Part shown: positions 48,832 to 64,000 of the stretch, in pieces
How positions within the stretch are numbered: position 1 is the stretch's first letter
Layout: every line of letters starts with the position of its first letter
From: Balanoglossus misakiensis
Taxonomy: Eukaryota > Animalia > Hemichordata
DNA: 64,000 nucleotides
Assembly (NCBI GenBank): GCA_040954595.2
Contig: CM082589.2
Coordinates: 186,001 to 250,000 of the forward strand
Direction: 5' to 3'
Program-made: the position numbers and the translations under genes
The notes under the pieces: generated by a model
What the model was told of the DNA's origin: nothing
Seen by the model: the letters and a program-made list of their open reading frames with translations, nothing else
The model's database searches: none

Positions 48832-51800
48832 TTCAAAGCAATGGTGAGCCACTGTGTGCTATATGGAGATGTGCATGTGCAATTCTAGTATTTTTTCGGT
48901 TTTAGTTGACAACTCGAATGCAATTTAGTATCTACAGTTCCTTGCGATGTCTGTGGCAGAGTACATTAGAACATTAGGACTTTAATTTGTGAAAACTGTG
49001 TCTATGATGTGCATTCTATCTTTCAACAGCAATATTATTACATGCTTTAATAGATGATGTTTTTTGGAGTAAATTTGGATAGAGAGCTGCAATGTATCTT
49101 TGATGAGAGTGATGCACTTTGAAATTGAGTTTCTGTATGTTCAGTCGGTGAAGGTCTCATAATGAAAGTGATTACAAATCATTTCAGTTTGCATTCTGTG
49201 AGAGACTTGAAAGAACAACTGATTAGTCATAATTGTGATTTGATTTCTGACAAGCCCATCTTTTCAGATTAGATCTCAAATTGCTTGTTGTCCAGACAGC
49301 AGTGTGCTATACATCACCAGTGCAATCCCAGTGCAATTCAAAACAGTCCCACCCTTGCCTTTAGTTTAGAGTTGTAGAGTTATAATGATGAAACATGAAG
49401 GCTGTGCTTTTTATTGCAGATCGGAAACACACTGATATTCCGATCTGGAGCATGACAATCACAGATATGGATGAGTTTTCAATGCGAAAGTCACAGAATA
49501 CTGTATTATCCAAGCATGGTTTTGAGAATTGCCATGGTCTGATTTTAATACGGAAAGTAAATTCTGAAAATCTGATAATGTGATTTCTCTACATGACTCG
49601 CGTAAACTACATAATTTCTTTAATCAAACTCTGCATTGGTTTATTATACAGCATTTGAAACTCAAGAGAAACTTTTTTGCTGCAGTATTATACTTCGTAA
49701 CAGCATTCGACATCTTAAACAGTATCTTTTCTGTTGCAGTCCCAAAGGTAGTAGTTTGTGACAGCATTGGAGAATCTCTGCTGCCTGTCTTCTTAAAAAC
49801 ACTTGCCATTATAATATTAACTATTCAACTCAAACCTCTATTGATTTTTTCCAACATCAAAAAGTGGATTCCCCGGGTCACATTTTATTATCCCTCACCT
49901 TTTTGTGGCAGCTGATGTTTTAGTCCTTTTTTATTGAAAAGTGCGGTCAAGCATCTAAGAGTTGAAGTTGCTCTCAACCTTTCCACATTTTGTGTTTTAA
50001 ACCCCCTCCTGCTTTATCCTTATTGTATCATAATCTCTTTATTGAGATTCAATGAAATAAAATAATCATGTAAATTCAACAACAATACTTTGTCTTGGTA
50101 TTCAATATTGATAAAACATTGTGGTGGTGAACATTGCCTTGGTAGGTGCAATCTGATTTGTTCTGTTAAAAATACATCTGATGCACATTTGTTGAATATG
50201 GTTCCACAGAGAAATTGACCAATAGGCCACTTTCATGACCACACACACCAATTCACTATTGGGATTAAAAATATTTATTGCATAGTAAAATTCATGTACA
50301 CAGATTGTTGAGCTGATAACTTTCAGCCTATTACTACTCTACAGATTAAATTAAAATTGGAAACAACACAAGAAACTGAATAATTACCATGTAATTATTA
50401 TGAAAGAAACATTTGGGAGATACAGAAGATAATCGAAGTCCCTGGTGAACCCTTAAAAGGCAATCATTCTTATTGTCATGGCAACGGCTACAGGAATGAA
50501 ACAAACTTAGTAATGGTTGGTATCATTTGCAATGTTAAAAAAACTTAGACATTTTAATTGATACTTCAAAAAAGATTTATCTCTGCATGTGACCCGCAAA
50601 AGTGTTTCCAAGGCAACAAGCATGAGGCAAATAGGCTGAGGCAGTCAGGTCTCACATTCAAAGTTCAAAGTATAAATTATTTATAATATTGACATAATTG
50701 AAACATTCTTGGCTTTAAGCTGCGTAGATTTTATGAAAATCAGAATTACAATCTTTTTACCTTACATGGTTTCTCAAATTAAGACAATATTTCAACAACT
50801 TCTCATGACCAAAAAATAATACAATAAAATTAAATACAATTGAATAATAAAATACTGAAATTATTCATGGCAGCCACTGGAATAAAATAAAGATTTTTGG
50901 CATCACAAATGATTACATAATGTCAACTGGTATGCTCACATGAATTTCTAGTAAGATCACATGATTTTCTGTCCTGACTTCATGATACTATGCAATGATC
51001 ACATGAATGTCTTTGGCTCATCACATGATTTTAATGACTGCATTGTTTGACAGACTTTCTATTATGACCACTTGATTTTTTTCTTCTGATCACATGACTG
51101 ATCACATGACAGTATGATCACATGACTTGGCTGCCATTACACAAAGCTACACTGGCTGAATTCCAGCTCCTTGCGTCTTGAAGGCAGTCACCACAAATAT
51201 TACCAGTATCAAATGAACGGTATGCTTCCCATGTAAATTATAGTTTTAAAATTTTTAAACACACAAGAGTTGCTAAGAGTCATTTGAAATCAACAGCATA
51301 AAACACCTTCTAGAGAGATCACAAGAACATAAAACACAGGCGATGAAAATCTTAGTGACTAAAATATGACTGAAAGCCAAACACAAAAAGAAACGTGAGT
51401 TGGTCCTGTCTGACATGGGAGTAAAGCTAACATATTCACGCCCGTATGTGAAAACGAAAACTGAGGATTGGAAATGTAGGAGATACTACTGAAAAAAAGA
51501 ACACTTTAAAATTCAAAGAAAAATTATCAGAGATGAAAGAGTTCAGGTCAGGAATGTTAATGTAGATATATTCCTCCTGACTTCATAAATATTTTCAACT
51601 TTTGCCTCTGTAGCCTAATATTGGAAAACATGAAATGTTCATCTCTAAAAGGCACCAAGAACCCATTCGGTTTGGCACAAGTGAATTGAATTTTGCATTT
51701 GGTTTCAAGGACTGGCATTTCTTTCAGCTGCAACATTCATTTTCAAAACTCATTATTGTTATTGTCTTGAAACTAAGATAAAACCTGAATACATCTCCGA

Positions 51801-52026
51801 TTCAATTCAGCTTTCCAAGTAAAATAATTTCCAGGTAAAACAATTCAGAAGACAATGTTTCATGATTCTCACCACAAAGTGAAAACAAAGATTCACAAAC
51901 AAAATGGCCATTAATACAACCAAGAAGTACAGACAATTACACCATCAAAGTTGCATAATGTCTTGTCTTTACAGAGGCAGAAATAATCACTGAAGCACCC
52001 AGCCTGGTAAATCCAATAAGCTTGAA

Positions 52027-52103
52027 CCCCTTCCTACATAGTATTATTGGTGAAACCCAATTGACAGTAGGAATTCTACATTGGAAAACAGGGATGAAAG
52101 GGG
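52027..52103 (-). mobile_element. Degenerate mini-MITE copy
   Basis: AACCCCTT...AAACAGGGATGAAAGGGGT, similar in length and ends to the other copies. Confidence 0.4.
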
Positions 52104-52219
52104 TGAGTGCTAGGTTGTCATATTTACATAAGAAGTTCTGCCATTTCTAAGTTTTATGTATGGTTTGTGGAAAAAAGGTCCTATGATTAATTAGATAACA
52201 TCATGCAGGAGCTATCTTA

Positions 52220-52295
52220 CCCTTTCACCACCATGGTGTGGTCCAAATCTATGGGAAAGTTGGACCTCTATAGAGGAAACTGGGGGGTGAAAGGG
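52220..52295 (-). mobile_element. ~76 bp piggyBac-like mini-MITE copy, inverted relative to 48747
   Basis: CCCTTTCACCACCATGG..GTCCAAA..TTGGACCTCT..AACTGGGGGGTGAAAGGG(TTGA) is the reverse complement of the 48747 element. Confidence 0.7.
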
Positions 52296-52747
52296 TTGAT
52301 TAATGCCTGGAAGTACCTCAAAAGTGGCATTGCTTGTAGGGGATATGCGCTGCTGTGGTCTCCATTAGAAACACAAGTTGGGCATCTGTCCATTGTGAAC
52401 AGTTTCTGCAAACAGCCTAAAAGTTTGATTGGAGTGATATGCATCTTGGCATTGCAGAATATTTTTCAGTTCCACAAAAAAGATAAATTCCTGATATTCT
52501 TCGGAAGACACCACTTTCCTTGAAGGGAAGAGTAGCTGCTTGACTATACCATTTATCCAATGGGGTGGTCAGCATCCTTGTTGAGCATCCACGGCTTTCA
52601 TATTGTCATCAAAAGTCGACTGTTTATGACGATAACTCCAGATGATAATAAAATAAGTTCCATTGTTTTTTCAAAAATATATATATCTTGTCAAATTTCC
52701 CGATGTCCTTTGTAGGCATCATATCTTGGACAAATACATTAATGTCT

Positions 52748-55680
<2,933 letters not shown>

Positions 55681-58169
55681 CTTGTTTCACTGTAAGTGTT
55701 TGTTTATTTATTTGTTTTGTTTGTTGATGCTTCATATGATATAGGGAAACATTTCTGAGGTATAATTTACAGCAAACTGGAGTCTTATGGTTGACATCAT
55801 CTCACCATTACCATTGTCTTCCTACAACAGAAAATATGATAGGGTATGTTAATTTTGGAGGCCTTTTTATCTCTGTCTTTCTCTCTCGAGAAAAAATGAA
55901 ATAGGACAGTGGTGAGTTTGACATATCATGGTGGATTGCCCTCTGAACAGGGTCACCTTGTAATGATGGTCTCAGTGCCTGGTTAGTGTCAGCGGTCACT
56001 GTTTGCCCACTGGTGGATCACCGCGTAATCTAGTAGGTCACTCTCTGATTGCAAAAAGGTTGCCATTCATTGCATATTTAAGCTGAATTTTATGTCATGG
56101 TCACCATAGAAACCACAGATTAAAACCAGTAGTTGATGATCTGTGAATAAAGTCTATAGATTCCCTTTACACTGTCTGGGTCAATGTTTTAATGAAATCA
56201 TCTCGAGTACAATGTTTCAATTGACGCAGTTCAGTTATGTGTGTCCCGGTCAATGTCCAACTGGCACGAATGCATGATATTGAAATATCAATCATACCAC
56301 TGAGGTTATGCCACCATATATTATGAAATATCCACATATCATGGTCACAAAAATTCTTCTGCGTCTCAGACATCAAAGTTTAAGAAGCATATTGGTAAGG
56401 TGTGGTGACATGACTAAGCATATTACAATCAACTTGACAAGTTTTACACAGAAAGGGACTAACACACATATGCCGCAGATTTTTTAATTTTTTAAGTGAA
56501 ACAAACATGAAAGCTACATGTAAAACTGTTGAGCACTTATTTCAGTTTGATAGCAATGTCCCATTAAAAGGGGCACTTAACCTAGATATTACAAACAGGT
56601 TACTAGGAATAATGGTACCATGGCCGTATGTACGGCCACTGTTGTGTTTGCACGCGTCAATTCACAATGGGACTATCCAAGGTCACTGGCATAGAAACTC
56701 TGCTGTGTGCAATACTGATTTGCCCTTGTAGAAACACTACATAACAACCTAGAACAGATTGTTACATTGTTCACCTAACAATACACATGGGAGGCGATTT
56801 AAACCGTTTCTCTGACTTTTTTTCTGCTAATTGTCAGTCAGAGCTTATCATTAGAAAGAGGAAAATACCCATAAAGGTGTCTGGGAATTGGCCAGACCAT
56901 GATGCCGTTGCCCTGTGCAACCTGTCAGACCTCAGTGATATAGTAAAGGTCATATACTTCCAATGTCAAGTTGAAAACTGATTTTCATCAAGAAATCATG
57001 TAAAAATGTTCCGGTTTGTATTCAGTTGGCCATTTCAGGATCAGTTTTGAAACTACACTCGAAGTCAACAGACACACTTCACAGGCTAAACACAGTGTTT
57101 TGTAAATGTTACCGGGATTCCCCGACACCTTACTGGGTTTCCCCTTGGGATATCAATACAGTCCTATTTCCAGGTAGCAGAAGTGTAACCAGGGTTCTAA
57201 AATCATTCATGAGTCAGGGAAAGTAGTTTTTTCAGTCTCACACAAACAAAACTAATTCTTTATACATAAAATACTCACATGAATCACAAGAAGTTAATCA
57301 TGACGTTGGAAATATGAACCACCATTTTGTACAGCGCTACAGCACGTGAACTGTTCCGTGTTGGTGATAACATTATTTGAAGTGTTCAAAGTTTTATTGT
57401 TCACTATGACAATAGACAGAAACTAATGATTGCACTATTTTGGACTCTGGACTTTCCCAAGTTAAACCTCCGTATGACTTGATCAAATGCAGATCAGCTG
57501 ATTTCTGTCGAAGAACAGCTGATGCTGTGAATGACAAAGTGTCTAGTTGTTTTGTACTTGCAGGCGTATCACTTGAAATTTTGGAGAAGTAAAATGGTTG
57601 CATAAGAGTACAGATTGTTATGTTTGTCCAAAAAACGGACAAACATAACAATTGGTTTGCCATCACAACTAAACAATATGAACAAACTTTATTCTTTTCT
57701 ATCTTATGGAAAACATTTTTTTCTGGAATTTCTGCATAATATGGAGGACAATGACACTTCCATTACATGTTCAGAGACAATGTATTTTTATTAGCTCACA
57801 GTGACGTCAAACAAGACAACATTACCAGCACAAATCTTATCTCATTTACAAAAACAACCTTTGATCAGAAAATACATAAATTGTGGGATCAATCAATATG
57901 AATGGTAGAAGGCTGGCAACTCAATGGAATAAACTCAAGGATACCAGCTACCATCACTTCCCTCACACATCAAGAAACCTTCACATCGTCCTTACTGCAT
58001 GGCCTTATACATAATCCCCACCAGGATATTAGTTGTGGAATGCAGTTTGAGTTGCCACAGAAGTAAACTAATTACAGCAGAATTCAAAGCCTTATTTCCA
58101 TCCATAACACAGCAATGAACAATCAATATACATGCATTTGACCTTGTTCTATTTTAACCAACAATAACA

Positions 58170-59200
58170 CGACTTACTTTTCGATATTATGAGTCCGATG
58201 CCGTTTGATTTTTAACAAGAGTACATCAGAAGAATTTTCGACTCGTACGTTTCATGTGCATATGTCACAATCACTGAGTTATTGGAATAACAGCTCAAAC
58301 GCGTTTGCTACCAGTGCAATGTACATTGTTTTGAAATCGCCGGTGGGCGTCTACGCTACGTTGACACATTGTGGCGTGACGTACTGTCACAGGATAAAAA
58401 CACAACGATCGAGGTTGATGAGTGTCAAGACTGAAAGAAAACGCATTAACCATCTGTGTGGGATACGGAAACGTTTACGTCTTTCACTGATATAATACGG
58501 ATTTTAATGTAATACATTCCCTTGAATGGAGAGAAGACGTCATCAACAAGCGCCACATTGCAATGCGTAGTAGACTGACCTTTGACCCAATAACAACGTT
58601 GTAACGCACAACATTGCATTGGAAACCCGCCTTGGTGAAGATTTCCATAAATATAAAACGATCTATAGAGTTACGTGATCATTTTCAACATCAGAAAGAA
58701 TCGCTTTATTAAAAGTGACAGCTTTGTGCGTAAAACACAACAAATGAAGGATCTTACCGGCAAGACGTATGTTCCGGCTGGATACCGCCTTCTGGTGCAT
58801 GAGCCACGATGACATTACCGGCGTTTCAAGGTTACAGACACTGGCAAATTAAACTATATCAAATTACAGTAGAGTACACACTGAAATTATGTACTCTATT
58901 AAGCAAAAGCATTGACTATAGAGTTATTATATCTTGCATAAAAGGTAGTGTCGGTAAACTAGTTCCTCAATTTATTGTGTAAACGAATAGAATGATATGG
59001 GCTGATCATATTAATCACCCGCAGCCTCGTAATCTCCTGATTAGGTGTCCTCGGGTGTACCCTTACAAAGTACACTTTGATTGGTTGCTTCCGTACACAT
59101 AATGAAGTAACTCGGATCATTGACCAATCAGCAGCTAAATACTAACAGCTGGTAAAGACCTCCCAAGATGCAGTGCGACAAATTTTTGATACAACGATAA
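58170..59200. promoter_or_regulatory. Divergent SGK/IFT52 promoter region with candidate non-coding SGK first exons
   Basis: CpG-richer stretch. Minus-strand GTAAG donors at 58177 and 58757, a DR1 nuclear-receptor element TGACCTtTGACCC at 58576-58588, and CCAAT boxes at ~59080 and ~59124. Confidence 0.45.
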
Positions 59201-59201
59201 C

Positions 59202-62200
59202 ATGGCGCCGACTGCTGAGGTAAAGTGTACTGCCATAATTTCGATAAATGTTGATTTTCTTTGCATATTTCTCAATTTTCTCTTCAAAAACTGGTGGGAA
59301 TGATGAATTAACGCAAACTTATTTTCAAGAGCACATTTGTCCCATGTGTACGTTTGTTTGTTAATCAGAAACACGAACGCTGTTGATGTCAACATGCATC
59401 CATTTCAGTCATGTCACTTGCCAGTACATTTCTCGTGTAAATCATGCCACTGTTCGTTTTGGTTGCAATATAGAAAAATTTAAGCCATTCCTATGATTAT
59501 TATGTGCGAATGGTAGAAGGCATCTTGTACCTCGTTGCACAGGTTGTCTTTCTCCACTGGTGGTGACTACATCGTGATGCGCAGTTGTGTCATTTTACAC
59601 GCTCCCATCACTATGACAACGGCAACCCACAAGCTTAGTGCTATTCTCAATCTCAGCCAGAAATACAATGAGATGTCTTTGTGGTCATGATATCAAATAC
59701 TGTGAAATAAGAAACGTGTATGTTCATCACTGCAGTTATTTTCTCACAGTTAAATTAATACACTTTCACAATATTATTTGTATATTTTTAATGTAAACTT
59801 ATAATGTTTAATTTCATAGGATATGGATGAAAAAGGTCAAAGAAATACAGTTCTCTTTGATACATCAAAGAGAGAATTATTCACAATACAGAATGGTTTC
59901 AAAAGTCTTCACAGAAAACTCCGGTCAAACTGGAAAATTGTATCGTAAGTACTGAACATTTCATGGGATAGAATTTTATAATTTGAAAAACTATCAAGAA
60001 TGTAGCTTAGACACTCCCATTAAAGAACACAAAACAGTGATATTTTCCTACACAATGTACTGTTATGTTATTTGTGTGTGATTTTTACAGGAGTAAAGAG
60101 GAAATAACAGATGCTAGGTTGGCATCTGTGAGAGTGTTTGTGATAGCAGGACCAAGAGAAAAATTTACAGCACCAGAGTTTGATTGCATCAAAAAGTACA
60201 TAGAAAATGGAGGAAGTGTCTTGGTGTTGATGGGGGAAGGTGGTGAATCCAAATTTGATACAAATATTAATTTCCTGTTGGAAGATTATGGCATCATGGT
60301 CAATACTGGTAAGTTCATATTAGTGCCAAGAACAAAATAAATAGTTTTTTCTTAAAATATTGATAGTAATGTTTCTGAGATCATGAAGAAATGCAGAGGT
60401 TGGGTAATGGCGGTCGCCCTCATAAGTGAATAAAAAAGTGTTGTGAAAAGCGTCATATTCTAATATCCATGTTCTCTACACAGATTCTGTGGCAAGGACA
60501 AGTTATTACAAATATTTCCATCCCAAAGAAGCACTTATTTCAAATGGAATTCTTAACAGGTGAGTTGACAATATAAAGTCCTGCAACTCTGTTTGTGGTA
60601 AATCTTGAAAATTAAAAAAGTAATATTGGTCAATACTAACATTTGATTGGTTTATTGATTGATTGACCACCATTGATGTTTGATTGGTTTATTAATTGAT
60701 TGACCACCATTGATTGACAGGGCAATCAGTCGGGCTGCTGGCAAACACATCCCAGGAAGCAATGAAGAAGAAGTCAGTAATGATATGCAGTGAGTATCTA
60801 ACAACAGTTTTCTCTTCTAAACATTTTCAAGTTCAATTTCCCCGAATCTGAAGAAATGATGACCCTTTTCAGTATCATTTAGCATATTTATTTGTCATGT
60901 TAAAGCTCAGAAGGATTTCATTTCTTGTATAGGGCGTTAACATTCCTGTATCCGTTTGGTGCAACACTGAATGTTGCCAAACCAGCTTCAGCTGTGCTAT
61001 CCACTGGTACAGTGTGTTTTCCACTCAATAGACCAGTCTTGGGTTTGCATTCATCCAAAGTAAGTGAAATGCCATTTTCAGCCCCAGTCTTGCTACTAGG
61101 TAGTACTACTGCACTAAGCTTCAACTTGTCCATTTTCAAAACAATTCTGTGCGTCAACATATTTAACTCTCGTGTACCAAATCTGCACTGTGCATTGGTT
61201 CATTCCTCTATTTTAAGTTGTGTACAGTGAGGTTTACTGAGTATCTTGTGTAATTTCAAACCATGTATGTGACAAGATATATTGACTGTGTGATTGCAGT
61301 ATTCCAAAGGAAAGCTTGCTGTGTTGGGATCAGTCCATATGTTCAGTGATCAGTATTTGGACAAAGAAGAAAATGCCAAGATTCAAGATGTCATATTCCA
61401 GTGGTTGACAACTGATGATATCGTTCTCAACGCAATTGACGCAGAAGATCCTGAGGTTAGTAATTTGAATGGCAGTCTATATCAGATTGATGTAGTACAT
61501 GCTTGAATTAATTCGCAATTGAGGAAACTTTTCTACCACCATCAATCAGGATGATGTAAAATGAACTGAAGGTACCTTACTGTTCTTTTGTTACAGATCA
61601 GTGATTATAACATGCTGCCAGACACAGCAAAACTGGCAGAAAGAGTGCGTGTATGTCTCCAAGAGAATGATGACATACCACGAGACTTCACTTCATTATT
61701 TAACAATTCCCTCTATAAAATGGACACCAGTGTAGTTCCGAAAGTCATCAAGTAAGTTTTTGAGCTTCATTCTAGTTGCCATGCATGGACGTCTTATGGA
61801 TTTTCTTGTAGCTGTAGCTCATCAAGTATAATTTAACTATATGTTGATTATTTCATTTCAGAGCATATGAATTGCTTGGTGTGAAACATGAACCGTTAAC
61901 ACTAATCCAGCCACAGTTTGAAACACCACTACCACCACTTCAACCTGCGGTAGGTGTTTTTGTTTTTGTGTACATTTGACAAATACGTGCTTTGACAATG
62001 ATCAAGTATGTTTATGATTGGTTCTTAGAACTGGATATTAACATTTCAAATCATTTGTTTTGCTACAGGTATTCCCTCCATCATTCCGAGAACTACCACC
62101 ACCATCTCTCGATCTTTTTGACCTGGATGAACAGTTCTCATCCGAGAAAGTCAGGCTTGCTCAAATCACAAACAAATGTAAGTATGATTCTCCTGTTTAA

Positions 62201-63014
62201 AAAATTATCAGTTTTGCTTATTAAACCTTAAGTGGACTGCCTGATTTTGTTGCATCTTTCAGAATTGGTCAACCAGAAATATTTGTGAGAGGCAGGAAAG
62301 GGCAATGGGTTATTGTCTTTCCCTAAGCCACTTCTGCCTCTCAAAAGTATGTGGCAGCTACTGTTGGCCCCTTTCCATCTCGGTATAATTATCTTGTTGA
62401 ATTGCAGGTACGGATGATGACTTGGAATACTATGTACGTGAATGTGGCGAAATCCTGGGAGTTACAACCAAACTTCCTGCAGATAGTCGTGATGCTAAAC
62501 ACATTCTGGAATACATCTTTGCACAAGTTGTGGAATTCAAGAAACTTAACCAGGTATGCTGAGTTTAGGCTCCTGTAATCCCCAACCCTCATCCCATACC
62601 TACATGTAATAATAATCTTAAAGCTTTTTGCGCAGCTTTGATCAAAGCACTGAAAGACGGTTTGCACGCTGATTTGCTTACGAACGTATTTGCTTACGAA
62701 TGGTACGTTTGTGGATAGCAATGCACATAGCAACAGTTCGGAATGTGCCGATTAGACAACTAGGTCATGATACAAGAAAAACTACACGGATGCGAGGGCG
62801 CTTTTTCCCATAGGATTACACTAGGACATGAATCCAGATATATGATAATGCTATTAGGTAATTCTTTTAACAAGTGCCTAAAAGGCACTTTATTTTCTTG
62901 GTCACTCAGTTAGTTTGGCATGTTTGAGCCAAGAGTGTCTTGGTTTGATTTCTGTTTCTTTTTTCTTTTCCCTAGGATCAAGATTTAGACATAAATGAAG
63001 GCCCAGAATATTGA
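59202..63014 (+). CDS. IFT52: Intraflagellar transport protein 52 (IFT-B core), multi-exon
   Basis: ATG at 59202 (MAPTAE/DMDEKGQRNTVLFDTSKRELF..LHRKLRSNWKI). Then GPREKFT..GEGGESKFDTNINFLLEDYGI, YYKYFHPKEALISNGILNR, FLYPFGATLNVAKPASAVLSTG..FPLNRPV, GSVHMFSDQY, IQPQFETPLPPLQPAVFPPSFRELPPP..LFDLDEQFSSEKVRLAQITNKC and VEFKKLNQ. TGA at 63012-63014. Confidence 0.96.
60642..60717. repeat. Two-copy ~36 bp tandem duplication directly before a splice acceptor
   Basis: tttgattggtttatt(g/a)attgattgaccaccattgat repeated twice, ending just before the AG at 60718-60719. Confidence 0.85.
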
Positions 63015-64000
63015 CAGCTATCGGAATCGTTTAAACTTTTGAGACAGCATACTGTAAATATGAAGTTATGTACATATGAATTACAGACTCTGTAAGGCCA
63101 TTTTCTACTTTTGATGAAGCTGTACCAAACATTCTTCCTTTCAAGTCTCAAGTTGTCGGATTCCCTGATATGTGGAATTCAGACTTATTCCTGAAAGTCA
63201 AAAGTGTTTAGGATCCAAATTTCAGAATGAAAGAAAATATGATTGACTTTCATTTGTGATCTCCATTTAAAGATTTTTCCAGGCCAAACTTAGATTTTTT
63301 ATCAACGAAGGAATTTTCTGAAAAGTATATGGTTTGCGTTTGTACAAAGGAACATGAGAGTTATTACACTGACTATATATCTTGCTTGGACATACATCAA
63401 AACAAGTTTATTTGGTTCAAATTGTAGATGTTTCCCCAGCATGTGTGCTGTTCTTAGCTGTACTGATTGACGTATCTCATACTTGGTAGTTACACAGGTC
63501 AGGTGAGGAAGTTCATTTGAACATATTTTACAAAGAATAAAAATCAAATCTCTGCCCTCAGTCAGATCCCAGTTGTAATTCACATTCCTTGTACATTTTA
63601 GTGACGTGTCTTTATGTGTAAATAAATATTGTATGGTAAACTTACAAGTGTAAATGAAGTTGTTGACTCACTGAAATCATCAACTGACAAACCTGTTTGG
63701 GCAAAAAAAGTTTTATTCAAAGTAGATAGTGTGGATTTGTGATACAATCACCTGTAAACTTGTTCACTGTAAAATACAATTTCTGTTTTCACTTATTGGT
63801 CACCCCATGTTCTTTCAACAACCTACATCATAAACTATCTTTCGCACATAAAAGTGAAAACTGGTACAGACAAAATGAGCATTGTGATATATGAATAATT
63901 TAAGTACACTAAAAAATCAAGTATATCACTATAACTGGTACATGTATTTGCAAAATTTACAAGATGCCCAAGAGGAATGCATCAACAAACAAATGAACCT

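Overview
AT-rich, intron-rich animal genomic DNA, probably from a marine invertebrate deuterostome (inferred from single pro-orthologues of vertebrate gene families; the species cannot be named). Eight protein-coding loci are supported. In order: the last exon of an unidentified S/P/D-rich gene (+, transcription-factor-like); SYCP2/SYCP2L (+); CAD (-); COX5B (+); CHCHD7/COX23 (-); a PLAG-family zinc-finger gene carrying an N-terminal zinc knuckle plus PR/SET domain (+); a PX-domain SGK kinase (-); and IFT52 (+). There are three head-to-head pairs (CAD/COX5B, CHCHD7/PLAG, SGK/IFT52). The most notable observation is the PRDM-PLAG architecture sitting in the conserved CHCHD7-PLAG1 divergent arrangement, within what looks like a pre-duplication version of the human chr 2/6/8/20 paralogon. 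Non-coding features include a ~610 bp TTAA-flanked fold-back MITE at the SYCP2 3' end, a bipartite hairpin element, a family of ~80 bp piggyBac-like MITEs, short tandem repeats and homotypic motif clusters. Identifications come from manual reading and recalled family motifs; no searches were run.
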